DNA from: the human T2T-CHM13v2.0 reference genome, Homo sapiens
DNA length: 64,000 nt
Assembly (NCBI RefSeq): GCF_009914755.1
Contig: NC_060936.1
Direction: 5' to 3' (one strand)
Shown here: in pieces, positions 57,801 to 64,000 of the stretch
Layout: each line of letters starts with the position of its first letter
Numbering within the stretch: the first letter of the stretch is position 1
The notes under the pieces: model-generated
Database searches by the model: none
What the model was told of the DNA's origin: nothing
The model's input: the letters and a program-made list of their open reading frames with translations, nothing else
Made by a program: the position numbers and the translations under genes

Positions 57801-60220
57801 AGGCCTTGGTATACTTTTACTTGCTCTCTCTCTATATATTCACTATCTTTGATAATTTTAATGGCAACCAATCCCTGTAACAGATGAGTCATTGGACCCA
57901 ACCACCTGCCATGCTAGTGCTAAGTTGGATAAATTGTTGATGCCTAATTCTGATTATCTTTATTCCTAGGGCACTACCTATTAGGTATTTGGGGTTTTAA
58001 CCAAGAGTTTCCTGAGATCATTTTGTGTTTTCTCATAGATAATAGATTGTCTGAGTTATAAACTTGTAGACAATGGCTCTTTTTATTGGCCAGTTTATAT
58101 AAGTCTCAAACAACTTTGCTGTATAGATTTTCTCTTTATTTTACAATTGGGACAATGGATGTTAGTTACTCCATTTCTAATTGGTAGACAAGTAATCATG
58201 TGAACTGCAGCTTTCTGTAGAGGCTTCCAGTGTTGCATTATTAATATGACTGGGCCTCTAGAAAATTCTTTTGGGCTGTTGATTTTAGACTATCAAATAA
58301 GTCAGAAGCAGTACCACCAAGGACTTTATTGCTTCAATTTCACTATACTAATTGCATTGATAAAAATTTTTAAAGTATGCTCTTTTATTTTTCACTGTGT
58401 TATATAATTAATTCTATTGAATTTAGGAAAGGTAGCTATTTAGTGGGTTTCTTTTGACCGAAATCATCAATTATTCAATGTTTACCTATAGTAATCCAAT
58501 TGATAGTATTCTTACAGTACTCCATAAATCTGTCTAGTGTGGCACTTAGAAATGACACTAAAATTAACATTAATTATGTCTCTGGTTTCTTTCTTCAAGA
58601 AAACGGAACCTTGTCTGGTTCTTCTTGGCTTCCCTAGGGCCTTACCACACAGTGTGCAAAATATAAAGTAGATTTTGATGTTTGTTGAATCTGATTTTGA
58701 ACTGCACTTTCATTGTGCATCCATGCGAAATCCCACTGACGTATCAAGACCAAGGTTTCTGTCATCATATTAGAATAACTATTTTTTGTTTTCTAGTCAG
58801 CCGTTTGATGAACAGATAACATAGAGGTCTCAAGTACTGTTGTTCCAAGTGCTGAAATTAAATGAACTAAACATGATGCCACTGAAGATAGTACTTTTGC
58901 TGTATAAGGCTGAGGCATAGTGACAGGACTAAAAATACATTTCAACATATTACGTTAAGAAAAACATGATTTATATAAGGAAAGAAATGAAATTAACATA
59001 TTTGCCTTTTTAGAATTTTGTCTTGATTCTGCTCATTTTAATACAAACCCTCAGTCACCTTGATTTTGACTATTTTATTTTTGCTGAGAAATGAACTTTT
59101 TCAGTTGTGTTAGATTACCATAAATGAGAATATCAAACAGTAACTAGAGCCCCTCAGTAGTGGGGGTAGAATTATATTGGCCTCATAAATCATTTGCTTC
59201 CCAGCACTCTATCAGGTCATGAGAGCAAGAGCTGTGGCTTTGTTCTACCTAGATGATGTTTCAATAAAGCCATTTCTGTTTTTATTCACTCAGATTTACA
59301 GTTTTTTCTTTGTATTGACATTAACTAGTGAATCTATTAGTTTCCATTACCAGCAGACTAACTAAAACTATAAATAGTTCTAATTTCTTTCACAAATCCA
59401 TTCAAGCTACATAGATACCGTTTATTGGATAGAACATCTGGGTAATCTTGTTTGTCCTGTCTTTAGGCAAAATGCATACTTTCTTAAGCTTGTCTTTTCA
59501 TTTAGAAAAAAGAAAAAAATCAACTTTAGCAGCTCCGTCTGTTGACCTTAGATAACAGATAAATTGGGTATCTAATCATCTAGGAATCTAGATAAGATGC
59601 CAAGTCACTCCATCGGATTTATAATACTGGTGTAAAAAAAAAAACAAAAACCCCACAGTATTATGCTTCCTTGTTTGCTGGTTCTGCCAAAAACCAAAAT
59701 ATCATAAATACCATAGATATAATTTTTTTAACATCTGTCTTAATACTATAAAAAGATTAGGTCTTTTCTTCCAAATGTAAAGCAAGCTGCCCAGCACTAA
59801 CTTAGAACACACTTATCATAGCCTAGCATATAAGCACATTTTAGCAAGTTTTAAAGATGGTCTGTAGGAGTGTAATTATCTTGGACAACTGTTGTACTGG
59901 AATAACCAGTTTAGTATGTTACAACTCTCTCAGTGTAACAGACTGTGTGGTGATTACTATAGCCCTCCAGGAGTTCTCAGAGGCAAGCACCTTAATTTTG
60001 GCAATGGTTGCAGCTCTTCAAGCCTTTGCTCATCTCATCTGTTTTCTGTTTCTGCTTTGGTTCACACATAGGGTGTCCTCTAATGAACTCAGTTTTTCAG
60101 AAGAGTTAGAATCACTTGATTGTACTGTCATTTCTACTGGCATTTCTTTTCAATTCATAAGTATACAAAGATGTGAGGTATTTTTTCCTCAGATTCTGTG
60201 TGAACCTAAAATTGAATCCA

Positions 60221-60529
<309 letters not shown>

Positions 60530-60828
60530 ATTGAATCCAAATATTAGGAGATTTCTTAGTGAGGTGCCAAACCTAAGTATTTGGTAACTGAATTGGCTAA
60601 ATTATTGGCTGATATTTTGGTTTTGTAAACAATCACATAGAGATCTCTTATGATTCTGCCCTATATGAATGTTGAGTTTTCTTCTTTTGGGTCACTGAAT
60701 GTTTCTAGATCAATAGGAACCCAGCCTTCTCTTCTATAAAAGCTTTTAATGGATTAAGGGAAAACATAGTATGCATTTTTAAAAGTCACTACAAAGCCGA
60801 GATAAATCACACACAATAAAATTAAAGC

Positions 60829-61127
60829 ATTATTTATTTCTTTCTTTTTGAGACAGAATCTTGCTCTGTCACCCAGGCTAGAGTGCAGCTGCATGATCAC
60901 AGTCACTGTAGCCTCAACCTCCCAGGCTCAAGCAATCTTTCCACCTCAACCTCCTGAGTAGCTGGGAATACAGGTGCACACCATCACGCCCGGCTAATTA
61001 AAAAAGGTTTTTGTAAAGATGTCTCACCATGTTTCCCAGGCTGGTCTCAAACTCCTGGGCTTGTGCACTCCTCCCACCTTGGCCTCCAAAGTGCTAGGAT
61101 TACAAGTGTGAGTTATCATGCCCAGCC
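60829..61127 (-). mobile_element. AluJ-like
   Basis: cctcaacctcccaggctcaagcaatc. Confidence 0.9.
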
Positions 61128-61651
61128 AAAAATAATTTTTTATAGTTTTATACTTATTCCATACTCAAACTCTCCAGTTTTGAAAAATAAGTCCTTTATA
61201 ACTGGTTTGTCCAAGTTAGGATCCAGTTGAGGACCCTATATTGCTAGTGGTTATGTCCTTTAGGGCTCTTTAAATCTGATCTCCCTTTTTAATGTCATTG
61301 ACTTGTTAAAGAGGCTGGACCTATTGATAAATGAGAATATTTATTTAAACTTACTTAAACATTAAATCTTTAAGCTTACTTAAATATTTAAGAATATCTC
61401 TTTACATTTATTCAGAACATTTTCTTACATAGCAAAAATTCTATTCAAATTTTTGCAAGTTAAAAATAAAAAAGTTCTTTGCATCTCATTTGTTTAAACC
61501 AGGATCCAATCCAGAACCACATGCTGCAAATGATTGTTTTGTTAACTTGGAACAATTCGTTTTATTCATGTCAGTAACTTGTTGACAAGATGAAACTATA
61601 GCGTCTTACAGAATGACCTACCTTCTTGATTTGGTTTCTCTATCCCTCTAA

Positions 61652-61950
61652 CATGGCACTTGTCCAATATGGTAGCCACTAGTCACAAATGGCTATTGAG
61701 CTTTTGAAATGTGGCTAGTCTGAACTGAGATGCACTGTGAGTATAAAATATACACTGGATTGCTAAGACTTAACACAAAAGAGGTAAAATATTTCATAAA
61801 TAGTTTTTACACTGATTACATGTTCAAATGATAATTAGGGTAGTATGGGTTAAATAAATTATGTTATTAAAATTAATTTCACCTGTTTCTTTTTTTTTAA
61901 AACGTCTCTACTAGTAAATTCTATCTGGCTCCCATTATATTTCTATCAGA
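61652..61950. mobile_element. MER33-like hAT-Charlie element
   Basis: tgtccaatatggtagccactagtcacaaatggctattgagc...attaaaattaatttcacctgtttctttt. Confidence 0.8.
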
Positions 61951-61958
61951 TTTAAAAT

Positions 61959-62312
<354 letters not shown>

Positions 62313-62662
62313 TCACAGCAGTACCCTGTAATAGAAAACAGAACATCAGTAAAGTGTTTCTTAGTTAGACTTTTGTAACATTTGCTTGCTGTGTACCAGT
62401 TAAATGATTTTCAGTGGTAGACCTTGCCTAGAGAATTTTAAGACCTAGTGTTCTACAACCCTGGCATCGTCTGGTAGATCCAATAGATGAAACAGCTGCT
62501 ACATATTTTTTAATATATCTGATAGCTGAAAGGGTTAAATAATATAAACCTGTCAATGTGCTACCAATGTTAATAACCCGGTGCTGCTGATTTAAAAGTA
62601 AAGAACTACGTGAGCCAGTGCAGGTTCATGCTTCATTTGTTTATATATTCATTCGTTTTTAG

Positions 62663-62742
62663 TGTTGGAAAACCTTGGACAGACAATTGTCCCCGATTTG
62701 GGATCACTGGAAAGTCAGCATGATTTTCGAACCCCGGAGTTT
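62663..62742 (+). CDS. ANO6: ANO6 (anoctamin-6/TMEM16F) constitutive coding exon 2, 80 nt, phase 1 in / phase 0 out
   Basis: Acceptor ttcgtttttAG|TG and donor TTT|GTGAGT. Translation (V)LENLGQTIVPDLGSLESQHDFRTPEF matches the human ANO6 N-terminal region as I recall it (...DDDDGDI-VLENLGQTIVPDLGSLESQHDFRTPEF-EEFNGK...). Confidence 0.97.
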
Positions 62743-64000
62743 GTGAGTACTATTCCTTTATCTTAAATTTGTATTCTTAAGCTAAGAGATTTTTCACAAA
62801 ATGAGAAAAAAGTTCTTTTATGAATTCATTCCTTCAATGGCTGTAGATCCTACATAGATCTTATTGCAGGGACTGTGCGTTCAGAGCTCTGGTGTCTCTT
62901 GGGAATAGGTTGCTGAACTTGATTGTGTAAGCATCATGGTCTATAGGTTTGTTCTTCATATTGTTCATGTAATTGCAAATGGGAGTTCACTTTGTAATAA
63001 AATAGCATCTTGTTTCTGAAACTCCTGTTCCATTCATTGATACCATTGCTATCAGTATCTGTTGTTAGTAACTCTGGAAAGCAGTCTTTAAGCATATACA
63101 GGTATATTGACCAGTGCCAGTCACTGGTAGCGAACATAGTCTACTTTCCCTTTCATCCTGGAGCTTTCAGTGATACAACCTACATGTATCTTGTAGGGCT
63201 AGGAATATTCTGTTGGTTGTTTCTACCAGAAGGGAACTAAATGCTCCCATTAAATTGGACTCATTAAAGATTAGCCATGGTTCCTACCCTTAAGGAATTA
63301 AAAATCTTATTAGAAGCTACTATGATTTTATTAATGCCTTTTTTAAAGAAAATTAAGCACATAGGATGCCTTGTGCAAAATATCCTTAGTAAATAGATTT
63401 TTACATTAGGCTCATTTGGAGGGCGGGGATGGGAACAAGTGTTTCTGTGACTCATGTACCATATTATTGCACCAGATATGTAGGAAAAACATGCCAGGAT
63501 CCACTTACATTTCCTGATTTTTGTCCCTGCTGCAAATGGCCTACCACTTTAGGAGTGCAGAAATGTTTTTTTATTTATTTTCAATGTGATATACAATCAC
63601 CACTCCAGTAATTGGCAGAGCACAATTGTATTATTGGTAAAGACCAAAAAAACCTCATTATGTGCTTTTTCTGTTCTTGCTCACTCTTTATGGATTGCCT
63701 AGTCAATTCAACCAAGAGTAAAGAAACTAGAGAGTGCTCTGGACTGAAAAGGGATGGCACATAAAACTGTATCCACAATGCCATTTTATTTCAAAGTGTG
63801 GGACTCCTGTGGTGTACTAGCAGATTGCCTACTGTGAAAATCACCTGGATATAATAGAAAGACGTAGTATTCAATGACTTCCCTATTATATTCAATAAGA
63901 TTTCTGGTAAAGGGAAATTGTGCATGCCCACCAATATTCCTGCATCTTAAAGTAGCAGAGCAATTTTGTGGGTTTTCTAACTTTTGCAGTTAGAGACCAA

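Noticed and set aside
61345-61390. Short imperfect duplication tttaa(a/g)cttacttaaa(c/t)att
   Set aside because: An AT-rich slippage product with no evident significance.

Overview
Primate (almost certainly human) genomic DNA from the distal part of the long first intron of ANO6 (TMEM16F, Ca2+-activated phospholipid scramblase/ion channel), transcribed on the + strand. Three short coding exons can be read directly. The constitutive 80-nt exon 2 (62663-62742) encodes (V)LENLGQTIVPDLGSLESQHDFRTPEF. An alternative first exon encodes MFCAA (ATG 53568, donor after 53583). A 63-nt in-frame cassette exon (31105-31167) encodes GDVPASRRPFLTPHTHLPSSL. None of these appears in the supplied ORF track, which is almost entirely repeat-derived or spurious. 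The rest is intron, rich in transposable elements: the 5' part of an antisense L1PA6-like element (1-3350), about 30 Alu/FLAM/FRAM copies, old L1M, L2 and MIR fragments, MaLR and ERV1 solo LTRs, and DNA transposon relics. I find no evidence of a wholly new biological system. The most interesting signals concern how the ANO6 N-terminus is diversified. The cassette exon appears to be an exonised sense-strand L2 3' end that starts with GT. The alternative first exon has two in-frame donors 21 nt apart. The L1 antisense promoter points toward exon 2 and sits in a 5'UTR whose YY1 site is mutated. Repeat subfamily names and boundaries come from recalled consensus sequences and are approximate.
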